A DNA stretch of 64,000 nucleotides from Nitrososphaerota archaeon (GTDB taxonomy: Archaea; Thermoproteota; Nitrososphaeria; Nitrososphaerales; Nitrosopumilaceae). Position numbers and translations under genes: made by a program. Of this stretch, positions 10,200 through 19,530 are shown piece by piece (the stretch's first letter is position 1; the number at the start of each line of letters is the position of its first letter). The notes below the pieces were generated by a model. That model saw only the letters and a program-made list of their open reading frames with translations. It made no database searches and was not told the DNA's origin. The stretch covers positions 260,727-324,726 of the forward strand of contig JAGWFT010000001.1 of assembly GCA_028867755.1 (NCBI GenBank). The letters run 5' to 3'.

Positions 10200-10215
10200 A
10201 TCACCATATTGTTCA

Positions 10216-10236
10216 GTTTGAATCGAACTATTGTAG
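10216..10236 (+). repeat. Inverted 21-nt partial CRISPR repeat (anti-repeat)
   Basis: GTTTGAATCGAACTATTGTAG is the exact reverse complement of nt 10-30 of the plus-strand repeat. Confidence 0.9.
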
Positions 10237-10263
10237 CCTCATTCACTAATTTTTCAATTATAT

Positions 10264-12675
10264 CTTTCAATCCTACAATAGTTCGATTCAAACATGTTTG
10301 ACCCAACTGTTTTAATCGTTTGTGTAGCAGTCTTTCAATCCTACAATAGTTCGATTCAAACAGGTTTTGTTAGATCATGTGTAGTTTTTGGTATTGTCTT
10401 TCAATCCTACAATAGTTCGATTCAAACCAGAGTAAACGTATATCTGTGTTCTTGTTTCTGCATCCTTTCAATCCTACAATAGTTCGATTCAAACTGCATC
10501 CTGGAACTGGAACAAGTTTGGCTATGACAGACTTTCAATCCTACAATAGTTCGATTCAAACTTTGCAGATGACACCAACGAATCAGCACTCTTGATCCTT
10601 TCAATCCTACAATAGTTCGATTCAAACATTGAGAAAATTCGTATGGAGCTAGAATCATCTATCCTTTCAATCCTACAATAGTTCGATTCAAACCGTTGAC
10701 ACAACTTTTTGCAACAGATGTTTTGAGCACTTTCAATCCTACAATAGTTCGATTCAAACCTCGGAGATGCCTTCGTAGGCATTGGTATGCTAATCTTTCA
10801 ATCCTACAATAGTTCGATTCAAACATGGTAGATTATTTCTGGCCGTTGCAATTGTAATCGCCTTTCAATCCTACAATAGTTCGATTCAAACCCATATCCA
10901 GTTAATCTAACCATTAATGACAATCTACTTTCAATCCTACAATAGTTCGATTCAAACACATATTCAAAAGGCCAACTGAGACAGTCATAAAGACTTTCAA
11001 TCCTACAATAGTTCGATTCAAACTCAATATACGCATATCACCACGAATTAAAGAAGATACTTTCAATCCTACAATAGTTCGATTCAAACGTGTCACCAAA
11101 ATCTCCTGGTGCATTAATGCAAGAGACTTTCAATCCTACAATAGTTCGATTCAAACTGGTGAAAAATTCACAAACACAATGACAGAAAGATACTTTCAAT
11201 CCTACAATAGTTCGATTCAAACTGGCTCGTTTGCTCCAGGAAGAGAATTGGTATGTAGCTTTCAATCCTACAATAGTTCGATTCAAACACATCTTGACAT
11301 TAACAGAACTAAACTCAAGATCAACTTTCAATCCTACAATAGTTCGATTCAAACATTTACATTCCAGCAAAACTAGAAAAGAAAGTTGTCCTTTCAATCC
11401 TACAATAGTTCGATTCAAACAATTATTGTAATGTTCTTTCTGTATGGATTAGTAACCTTTCAATCCTACAATAGTTCGATTCAAACAACTCCAGCTGGCT
11501 GGCGTCCCACAAGATGGAGCCACTTTCAATCCTACAATAGTTCGATTCAAACATGATTGTCTTATTTGTCGGCCTGCAACTACCACTTTCAATCCTACAA
11601 TAGTTCGATTCAAACTGCCTTTTGGAGAAATGAAAGATTTGACATAGTTAACTTTCAATCCTACAATAGTTCGATTCAAACTTTGACAAGAACCCTCCAG
11701 TCTCCATCCTTGGGATACTTTCAATCCTACAATAGTTCGATTCAAACGGCAATATATGTAAGCATTGTATTGCCTTTATCACTCTTTCAATCCTACAATA
11801 GTTCGATTCAAACTCTAATCATTGGCTCTTTTTTCCATTTTATGACTAGCTTTCAATCCTACAATAGTTCGATTCAAACTACTGTGATGTCCGAGAATCT
11901 TCCAAGTCTGACCTGTCTTTCAATCCTACAATAGTTCGATTCAAACCTGTGTTGTTACAGATCCAACAAACGGTCTCTGCTACTTTCAATCCTACAATAG
12001 TTCGATTCAAACGAGATTGTACTTCATTTTTACACTTGTCTCGATATACTTTCAATCCTACAATAGTTCGATTCAAACCTAGTGCAGGCTTTGTTTTCCA
12101 TCCCTTGTTACCATCTTTCAATCCTACAATAGTTCGATTCAAACCAGCTACTGCATTTACTGTACCCTCGTTTGGTGTTATCTTTCAATCCTACAATAGT
12201 TCGATTCAAACTCTATTCTCCCTAGCTCTTTTAGCAACCTTATCTTTCTTTCAATCCTACAATAGTTCGATTCAAACTGGAGTAGGGGCTGGAGTAGGTG
12301 ATGGTGATGGTATCTTTCAATCCTACAATAGTTCGATTCAAACAGGATTACCAGCAGTCAGAAAGATTTGCCATGTACACTTTCAATCCTACAATAGTTC
12401 GATTCAAACGTCTTTACTACATAATAGAAGACAGTTTCCGATGAATCTTTCAATCCTACAATAGTTCGATTCAAACTATCGAATTTCTTCGAATCCTTGT
12501 TGTATTTGAACCACTTTCAATCCTACAATAGTTCGATTCAAACAATATATTGTGTCATATTTTTATTATTTTTACTGATCTTTCAATCCTACAATAGTTC
12601 GATTCAAACTTATTCTAATATGATGTTGTCGAGGTGTTCGAATCCCTTTCAATCCTACAATAGTTCGATTCAAAC
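10264..12675 (-). CRISPR. CRISPR array, 37 repeats / 36 spacers (about 33-38 nt); repeat GTTTGAATCGAACTATTGTAGGATTGAAAG on the minus strand
   Basis: 30-nt repeat CTTTCAATCCTACAATAGTTCGATTCAAAC recurs with a ~66-nt period. Orientation is inferred from the ATTGAAAG 3' handle and the AT-rich leader on the right. Confidence 0.98.
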
Positions 12676-12800
12676 CGCCAGTTTTTTCAACGGATTTATG
12701 CATACTTTAATCGATAAGCCCTTTTAGTTTTTCGGCAACCTCCAATAGTGCAGTCTACTTATAAAAGCAACTTTTCAAGCGCGTAATGCATCACAGTTAA
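12676..12800 (-). promoter_or_regulatory. CRISPR leader
   Basis: Non-coding AT-rich stretch adjoining the 5'-most repeat, with TTATAA near 12758-12763; right boundary approximate. Confidence 0.65.
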
Positions 12801-12860
12801 TAATCTAGTCAGCAATTTGTCACCCATCATTCTATAGTTTTTTTATAACATATTGAATAA

Positions 12861-13370
12861 TTGGAGGCGTTCACAGATGCAGGCCTGACCCATACTGGCT
12901 CTGAGATTAACTATTATTTTGTATGCAAAAGAAAACTCTGGCTTTTTTCTCATAACATAGAATTAGAGTCTGATTCTGATCTTGTGCTGCAAGGTAAACT
13001 TTTGCATGAACACAGCTACAAAAGGAAATTAAAAGAGATTGCAATTGACAAGATAAAGATCGATTTCATAGAGAAAACAAATGAAGTGCATGAAATAAAA
13101 CGTTCAAGAAAAATAGAGGATGCTCATGTGTATCAGCTGCTATACTATCTGTACTATCTCAAAAAATATGCCGGACTTGACACAAAGGGAGTCCTTAACT
13201 ATCCGTTGCTTAAAAAAACTGTAAAGGTAGAGCTAACTCCACAAAAAGAAAGAGAGCTGCAAAAGATAATTCAGAAAATAGATCAGATAACAGAACTTGT
13301 AAAACCTCCAGAGGCAAAATGGATATCATACTGCAAGAGTTGTGCATATAGTGAGATGTGCTGGGGATGA
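12861..13370 (+). CDS. cas4: Cas4
   Basis: YYFVCKRKLWL, KIDF..EIK RecB motif, QLLYYLYYL, C-terminal CKSCAYSEMC. Confidence 0.95.
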   Translation: MEAFTDAGLTHTGSEINYYFVCKRKLWLFSHNIELESDSDLVLQGKLLHEHSYKRKLKEIAIDKIKIDFIEKTNEVHEIKRSRKIEDAHVYQLLYYLYYLKKYAGLDTKGVLNYPLLKKTVKVELTPQKERELQKIIQKIDQITELVKPPEAKWISYCKSCAYSEMCWG

Positions 13371-14353
13371 AAGATTACTATGTATTTAAAAATGGAAGAT
13401 TGCGCAGAAGCGAAAACACCATAAAATTAGAATCATCAACAGGAGAGAAAAAATCTCTTCCCATACATGATATCTATTCCATACATCTGTTTGGCGAGAC
13501 TGATCTTAACACAAAACTGATTGTATTTCTAAACCAGCACGGAATCCCGCTACACTTTTACAATTATTATGGATATTATTCAGGAAGTTTTTATCCGCGA
13601 GAAAAACTACTCTCCGGATTTCTTATCGTAAAGCAAGTACAGCATTATCTTGATTCTCACAAGAGGCTGGAAATTGCAAAAGAATTTGTCAGAACATCTA
13701 TACATAACATTCTCTCGAATTTACAACAATACAGCAAGAGAGGCAAAGACATGGGCGAATTCATCTCAAGAATTAAAGGTGAATCTGAGGCCATTGAGGG
13801 AGTAACCAATATTCCAGAACTTATGGGAGTAGAAGGCAGATCAAGGCAGGCATACTTCTCCTCCTTTGATTCATTTTTAAGAAAGGGATTCGAGTTTGAA
13901 AAAAGAACCAAGCTTCCTCCCCAGAACATGCTTAATAGCCTGATATCATTTGGAAATTCTTTGCTTTATGCTACAATACTTACAGAAATCTACCATACGC
14001 AGCTCACGCCAACTATAAGTTATCTTCACGAACCAGGCGAGAGGAGATACTCTCTTTCTCTTGATATAAGTGAGATATTCAAACCTATCATAGTAGACAG
14101 GGTCATCTTTAATCTTATCAATAACAGAATCATAAAACCAGAACACTTTGACAACAAGCTAAAAGCCAGTTTTCTAAACGAACAAGGAAGAAAGATCTTT
14201 GTATCTGAATACAAGAAGAAGCTTGAAACTACAGTTCACAATACCACCTTAAAGAGAAATATCAGCTATCAGCGCCTGATAAGAATAGAATGCTTCAAGC
14301 TAATCAAACACATACTTGATGAACGAGCCTACAAAGGCCTTAGGAGCAAATGA
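13367..14353 (+). CDS. cas1: Cas1 (type I-B); probable start MKDYY at 13367
   Basis: HFYNYYGYYSGSFYPRE, LMGVEG, NSLISFGNSLLY, SYLHEP, LSLDISEIFKP. Confidence 0.96.
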   Translation: MKDYYVFKNGRLRRSENTIKLESSTGEKKSLPIHDIYSIHLFGETDLNTKLIVFLNQHGIPLHFYNYYGYYSGSFYPREKLLSGFLIVKQVQHYLDSHKRLEIAKEFVRTSIHNILSNLQQYSKRGKDMGEFISRIKGESEAIEGVTNIPELMGVEGRSRQAYFSSFDSFLRKGFEFEKRTKLPPQNMLNSLISFGNSLLYATILTEIYHTQLTPTISYLHEPGERRYSLSLDISEIFKPIIVDRVIFNLINNRIIKPEHFDNKLKASFLNEQGRKIFVSEYKKKLETTVHNTTLKRNISYQRLIRIECFKLIKHILDERAYKGLRSK

Positions 14354-14617
14354 ATGTACGTGATTATTGTTTATGATATCGAGGTGGAAAGAATTGATGC
14401 GGTCAGGCATATATTAAAACAATATCTGACGTGGATACAAAACTCTGTCTTTGAAGGAGAGATAACAGAGGGTCATCTTGAAGAATTAGGATTCAAGCTG
14501 TTTGAGCTCATAGAGAAAGAAAAGGATTCTATAATTGTTTATTCAATAAATAATCCATCGTGGATAAAAAAAAGAGTCTGGGGCAAAGAAAAGAATATGA
14601 CAACAAATATTTTGTAG
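14354..14617 (+). CDS. cas2: Cas2
   Basis: MYVIIVYDI...YLTWIQNSVFEG. Confidence 0.96.
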   Translation: MYVIIVYDIEVERIDAVRHILKQYLTWIQNSVFEGEITEGHLEELGFKLFELIEKEKDSIIVYSINNPSWIKKRVWGKEKNMTTNIL

Positions 14618-14655
14618 ATATACAAACATTAGGTTGAACTACACGTAATAGCCTT

Positions 14656-14692
14656 TTCAACATAAAGCATTCATCAAAACAAGGATTGAAAC
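14656..14692 (+). repeat. Solitary CRISPR-like repeat of a different (~37-nt) family
   Basis: TTCAACATAAAGCATTCATCAAAACAAGGATTGAAAC ends in the AAAACAAGGATTGAAAC signature and shares AGGATTGAAA with the array repeat. Confidence 0.6.
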
Positions 14693-14878
14693 ATGTCTAA
14701 TAACAATTAAACAACGATGAAAATGTGGGGATGCTTCCAAAAGGAAGCCACCTGAACACGGTTATGAAGACAAACCGTGTAATCTGAGCTTGTCATTGTT
14801 TTTCTGATATAAAAGTTATACTCGAGATAGGTTTCCAGCATTCTATATAATTTAATTTGTAATTCTTTTGATAGTTTG

Positions 14879-15595
14879 TCAGAAACTTCTATGCAGCCTG
14901 TCCTCTTTTATTATTTTGTCGATCTTCTCTGCGGCCTTTTCTGAGACAGATAGCTTATCAAATAATGTCATGTATCGTTCCTCTTTTTTGTTGTCTTTCA
15001 TCCATTTATTCAATTTCATAGTAGCAAGGTCCCACACTTTTCTTGAAGATTCTGTCATACGTGTATAGGTATACAGCACCTTACAATCAATATCATATAC
15101 CATTCGCTCTAGTGCTAGCTTTTCTTGAAAGGACTTTGTTTTGTCAAGCTGTTCACGTAGTCGAGATCTTTGTATCTCCAATCGTTCAATGTTAAGAATT
15201 ATGACTTCTTCGGGGTTGAAGATGTTGTAATTCCTGAAAATTTTTGAATACCAGTAATTGATATCCCCATTTATGGTATTCCGGTTTACTTTCATCAACT
15301 CTGAGATCTTTCTTGCAGAATAGCCGTATTCAAAATGCAGCTTGTACACTTCCTGCATTCTCTTGTCCCGCTCAAGCTTGGAATAAGGCCCACCTTCTTT
15401 CTTTACCGCCTTTTTAGAATCTGGTCTTCTGTTTTGTTCAATAAATTCGGAGATACCACCATCAGATGGTAAATTCAACGACTCTTCCAAAGCCAATTTG
15501 CATTCATTTTGTATGGATAAATAATAAACGCTGGTATAATACGGTAGAGCTACCGTATTATACTTTTGTTGACTCGACTGTTTATAACTAAACAA
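14879..15595 (-). CDS. HTH-containing hypothetical protein; true start probably near 15490
   Basis: GYSARKISELMKVNRNTINGDI helix-turn-helix followed by a coiled coil. Confidence 0.7.
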   Translation of the reverse strand: MFSYKQSSQQKYNTVALPYYTSVYYLSIQNECKLALEESLNLPSDGGISEFIEQNRRPDSKKAVKKEGGPYSKLERDKRMQEVYKLHFEYGYSARKISELMKVNRNTINGDINYWYSKIFRNYNIFNPEEVIILNIERLEIQRSRLREQLDKTKSFQEKLALERMVYDIDCKVLYTYTRMTESSRKVWDLATMKLNKWMKDNKKEERYMTLFDKLSVSEKAAEKIDKIIKEDRLHRSF

Positions 15596-15770
15596 TCAGA
15601 ATTTGCTTCCGATTACTACAAAATGGCATAGTTTGGCATAGTCTAGTACCAGATTCCAATTTTAGAACTTGCTAATTACAAAATCTTGTTAAAATGATAT
15701 ATGCCAAAAAGTAACCAGTCTAAAAGATCACTAAAAGCATTTTAAGGATATTATAGTCAGGTATACTGAT

Positions 15771-17171
15771 TTGAAGCTAGTTCTAAAGTTTGGTGGAACA
15801 TCAATTTCCTCTGTAGCAAATATTCGAAATGTGGCAAATTTAATAAAATCGCTCTCAAAAGAACACAAGATAATTCCTGTCTTCTCTGCAATAAGTGGAG
15901 TCACAGACGATCTAATCAGAATAACAAATCATGTAAAAGACAGAAACGAGCAAGCAGCAAATTCACTTGCAAACAAGATTATCAAGATGCACATGCATGT
16001 TTCCAACCAATGTGTAAAAAATCCAAAAATCCGAAAGGATCTAGTAACCAAAATGAAGGCTGACCTTGACGAGCTTGAGGAGTTGCTGCATGGAATGCTG
16101 CTACTCGGAGAGGTAACTCCTAGATCTTCTGATTATTTGATTTCCTTTGGAGAAAGACTATCTGTTAACTTGGTTGCTTTTGCGTTAAATGACATTGGCA
16201 TCAAGGCAGCACCCCTGACAGGAAAGGATGCTGGCATTATCACAGATTCAAATTTTGGAGAAGCAAAGCCACTGATGGATACTACAAGGCTGCATGTATC
16301 TCATAAAATTGAAAACCTTTCACAAAAAAAGATAATGCCAGTGATAGGCGGCTTTGCTGGAGCAGATCAGCATGGTAACATAACTACATTTGGCAGGGGA
16401 GGGTCTGACTATACTGCCACCATAATTGCATCAAGCATAAAGGCAGATGAGGTGTGGTTGATGAGCGACGTAGATGGATTGATGACAACAGATCCAAAGA
16501 TTGTAAAAAATGCCAAACTCATCAAGGAAGTATCATATGTTGAAGCCATGGAGATGGCGCTATTTGGGGCAAAACAGATTCATCCAAGAGCTCTTGAGCC
16601 GCTAGTTACAAAAAAAATTCCACTCAGAATTCGAAGTACGTTTAACATAAAAAATCCCGGAACGCTTGTAACAGCAGATCCGCAGATTGATACCCAAAAG
16701 ACAGTCAAATGTGTAAGCGCAATAAGACACACAGGACTAATTGATGTAAGGGGAGGAAGTATGGTAGGCGCCCCAGGGACTGCAGCTACAATATTTTCTA
16801 CTCTTGCAAAAGCCGGAGTCAACGTAATGATGATTTCTCAGAGCCCGTCAGAATCAAGCATTTCAATTATTGTAAAAAAGAATGACATGGATAAAGCTGT
16901 CAACACACTTGATATGAACTTGCTTGGTAAAATAATCAAAAAAGTAGAGGTCACAGTAGATGTATCCATTATAGCGCTAATTGGGTCTGGAATGAGAGGA
17001 ATAGTTGGCGTTGCATCCAAGGTATTTACTGCAGTGGGAAAGAAAGGTGTGAACGTGATAATGATTGCACAAGGTTCCTCTGAGCTCAACATTGCCTTTG
17101 TTGTCAAGGATTCAGATTGCAATGCTGCAGTGCAAGCATTGCATGATGAATTTGATTTAGCAAAAAACTAG
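15771..17171 (+). CDS. lysC: Aspartate kinase
   Basis: LKFGGTS, VFSAISGVTD, TTFGRGGSDYTA, DVDG and two C-terminal ACT domains. Confidence 0.95.
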   Translation: MKLVLKFGGTSISSVANIRNVANLIKSLSKEHKIIPVFSAISGVTDDLIRITNHVKDRNEQAANSLANKIIKMHMHVSNQCVKNPKIRKDLVTKMKADLDELEELLHGMLLLGEVTPRSSDYLISFGERLSVNLVAFALNDIGIKAAPLTGKDAGIITDSNFGEAKPLMDTTRLHVSHKIENLSQKKIMPVIGGFAGADQHGNITTFGRGGSDYTATIIASSIKADEVWLMSDVDGLMTTDPKIVKNAKLIKEVSYVEAMEMALFGAKQIHPRALEPLVTKKIPLRIRSTFNIKNPGTLVTADPQIDTQKTVKCVSAIRHTGLIDVRGGSMVGAPGTAATIFSTLAKAGVNVMMISQSPSESSISIIVKKNDMDKAVNTLDMNLLGKIIKKVEVTVDVSIIALIGSGMRGIVGVASKVFTAVGKKGVNVIMIAQGSSELNIAFVVKDSDCNAAVQALHDEFDLAKN

Positions 17172-17195
17172 TACATTTTACTGAAAAGCATATTT

Positions 17196-18689
17196 ATGCT
17201 GATCAGACACCGTAACACTATGAACCGATTCCTTATTGTAGGAATTATTGCAGTTGTTGTTGGTATAATATTACTGGTTCCTCTGTTATCTAATAATCTG
17301 GCCACTGCGGGAAGTGTTAAAAAAATACAATTTACTCAAACTGTGACATCATCGCAGGATCCAGGACAGGGACATGACAACGAACAACTTGCAATGATAT
17401 TGCTGCCAAACAACGGAACTCTTTATGATGGTACGCTAACATACACTGCAAGCGAGCCTGTTCAGGTAGTAATTCTTCATCAAATTGAAAAAAGCGACTC
17501 AAAAGGCCAGCCTGTATGGACTGTAGATAATAATACGATTTATGCTGAGACCATAATTAATTCCACCACAAACGGCGGAACACTCGAGTTTGCAGGATCA
17601 GCTGTTGGTCTACATTACACCAATTCTTCACAATTTGCAGCAACAGTGAGCGTTGATGGATGGATAAGGGGCACTACACCAGGGTTCCTTGAAAATAACA
17701 CGCAGGTAATTTCTGAGAATAATCTGAAGCTATCTAGAGCGGAGATTCCTGTGAACATACCTTTGCATAAGGCGTTGTACAATGGAAAATCAGTCTACTA
17801 TATCATAACTGATTCAAGCAATAGCATGGATGCTAATGATATATCATCTAAACAAAACTGGAAGGTGCAACAATCTCCTCTCTTGGCTCAGGCTCCACAA
17901 AAATTGCTAAGCAAGATGTACATATTTACAAATGGAATAACTGGAAATGGAACAAAAGGATATCAAGATGAAATATTTTCAAATACGCCATCAAATAGCA
18001 ACTATACCCCACTCAGCCTGGTAGTGCAAGTCACGTGGAATGTGGGAAGAACCCCAAAAATCCTAAACTCTACACAAGATATTCTTGACGGAAATACGAC
18101 AGGAAAACTAAAACTAACTGTCACCGATGATGTCATGAACACGCCACAAATAGTTTGGCCAGACGGTCAAATGAGTATCAGAAATAATACAAAACTATCT
18201 GATCAAACATCTTACGTTGGGGGTCAAGTGTTCAACATAGACACGACAAACAAACTTGTTACATTTGTAGCCCACAGGGGATGGGGACCAGATGGCAGTA
18301 CTATTTACTATATCATTACAAGCGGTACACCTCAAGGACCAGCCAAAATGATGGGATTGACAAATAATCCTGCACTCTCGATACTTTCGCCTGTATCACG
18401 AGATCTTTACCACTTTGCTAATGGTATCAGGAGCGGGGGACCATTTGGTTTTCAGGAGGGAGTTTCTGGCGCGCAACTAGGTGATGTCAAATATTCTCCT
18501 ATCTGCAAGATCTCGATGATAACGTGGACAAATCCTCAGAATGCAACATTATTGGAAAACATAAACGACATTAATTTTGAAAAATCTCAAGGAAGCATAA
18601 CTGTACAACCTGCATTGGCATTCAATAACAACTACTTGGTTGATTGTCCTATTATTGAGATTTCAAAAAGCGCTCATGAAAAGGGATAA
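17196..18689 (+). CDS. Membrane-anchored/secreted hypothetical protein with an internally duplicated domain
   Basis: N-terminal hydrophobic helix; repeated YYIIT(D/S) modules (GKSVYYIITD / GSTIYYIITS). Confidence 0.75.
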   Translation: MLIRHRNTMNRFLIVGIIAVVVGIILLVPLLSNNLATAGSVKKIQFTQTVTSSQDPGQGHDNEQLAMILLPNNGTLYDGTLTYTASEPVQVVILHQIEKSDSKGQPVWTVDNNTIYAETIINSTTNGGTLEFAGSAVGLHYTNSSQFAATVSVDGWIRGTTPGFLENNTQVISENNLKLSRAEIPVNIPLHKALYNGKSVYYIITDSSNSMDANDISSKQNWKVQQSPLLAQAPQKLLSKMYIFTNGITGNGTKGYQDEIFSNTPSNSNYTPLSLVVQVTWNVGRTPKILNSTQDILDGNTTGKLKLTVTDDVMNTPQIVWPDGQMSIRNNTKLSDQTSYVGGQVFNIDTTNKLVTFVAHRGWGPDGSTIYYIITSGTPQGPAKMMGLTNNPALSILSPVSRDLYHFANGIRSGGPFGFQEGVSGAQLGDVKYSPICKISMITWTNPQNATLLENINDINFEKSQGSITVQPALAFNNNYLVDCPIIEISKSAHEKG

Positions 18690-18712
18690 ATTTACTCTAA
18701 AAATTTCTTAAT

Positions 18713-19510
18713 GTGATAATGATGCTTGGTAAGTTATACATTGTAGGAGTTGGACCGGGTCATCACGATCACATGACTTTTAGAGCTAAACAAGTAATTG
18801 AGGAAAGCAATACAATTGTAGGATATGAAACATACGTAAATCTGGTTGAAGATCTAATTGAAGGAAAAGAAGTTCACAGATATGCCATGACACAGGAAGT
18901 TGAACGTGCTCATCAATGTATAGATCTTGCAAAATCTGGTAAGATAGTTTCTCTGGTCTCAAGTGGGGATCCAGGAATCTATGGCATGGCTGGTTTGATT
19001 TATGAAATTCTTGCTGAAGAGAACTGGGACAGAAAAACTGGTCTGTATGTTGAGATAGTTCCAGGAGTCTCTTCTCTTAACTCATGTGCTGCACTGGTTG
19101 GCTCTCCATTGATGACTGATTTTGCAGTAGTTAGCATGAGCGATTTGCTTGTACCGTGGGAAATAATAATAAAAAGAGTTGAAGCTGCAGCGCAAGGGGA
19201 TTTTGTAATTGTGATATACAATCCTGCAAGCAAGAAAAGGATTCACCAGTTACAAGACACAAGAAAAATTTTGCTAAAATATAGAATACCAAATACTCCT
19301 GTAGCAATAGTCAAGGGGGCATACAGAGAATCGCAGGAGGTTGTTCTAACTGATCTGGAAAATATGGAAAGCCATCAGGATAAGCTAGGAATGATAACTA
19401 CTGTGATAATAGGCAATTCTTCTACATTTAGATACAAGGACATGATGGTTAATCCTCGTGGATATACATCAAAATACAATATAGTAGAGCCACAGAAAAG
19501 CCGAAGCTAA
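18713..19510 (+). CDS. cbiH: Precorrin-3B C17-methyltransferase
   Basis: LYIVGVGPG, VSSGDPGIYGMAG, DFAVVSMSDLLVPW, YNPASKKR, NPRGY. Confidence 0.92.
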   Translation: MIMMLGKLYIVGVGPGHHDHMTFRAKQVIEESNTIVGYETYVNLVEDLIEGKEVHRYAMTQEVERAHQCIDLAKSGKIVSLVSSGDPGIYGMAGLIYEILAEENWDRKTGLYVEIVPGVSSLNSCAALVGSPLMTDFAVVSMSDLLVPWEIIIKRVEAAAQGDFVIVIYNPASKKRIHQLQDTRKILLKYRIPNTPVAIVKGAYRESQEVVLTDLENMESHQDKLGMITTVIIGNSSTFRYKDMMVNPRGYTSKYNIVEPQKSRS

Positions 19511-19530
19511 GACAAGACCAGTTCAGGTTC

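Noticed and set aside
10294-12645. Self-targeting spacers against the tRNA-Val island
   Set aside because: None was seen by eye. The search was not exhaustive and needs an alignment.
12679-12690. CAGTTTTTTCAA shared by the CRISPR leader and the island repeats (40751, 40993)
   Set aside because: A low-complexity AT-rich 12-mer; plausible by chance.
10294-12727. Many tracked ORFs across 10.3-12.7 kb with repeating FQSYNSSIQT / LNRTIVGLK peptides
   Set aside because: They are translations of the CRISPR repeats, not genes.
13367-14353. cas1 as a casposon integrase (casposons occur in this phylum)
   Set aside because: It sits in a cas4-cas1-cas2 operon beside an array; no PolB gene or terminal inverted repeats are present.
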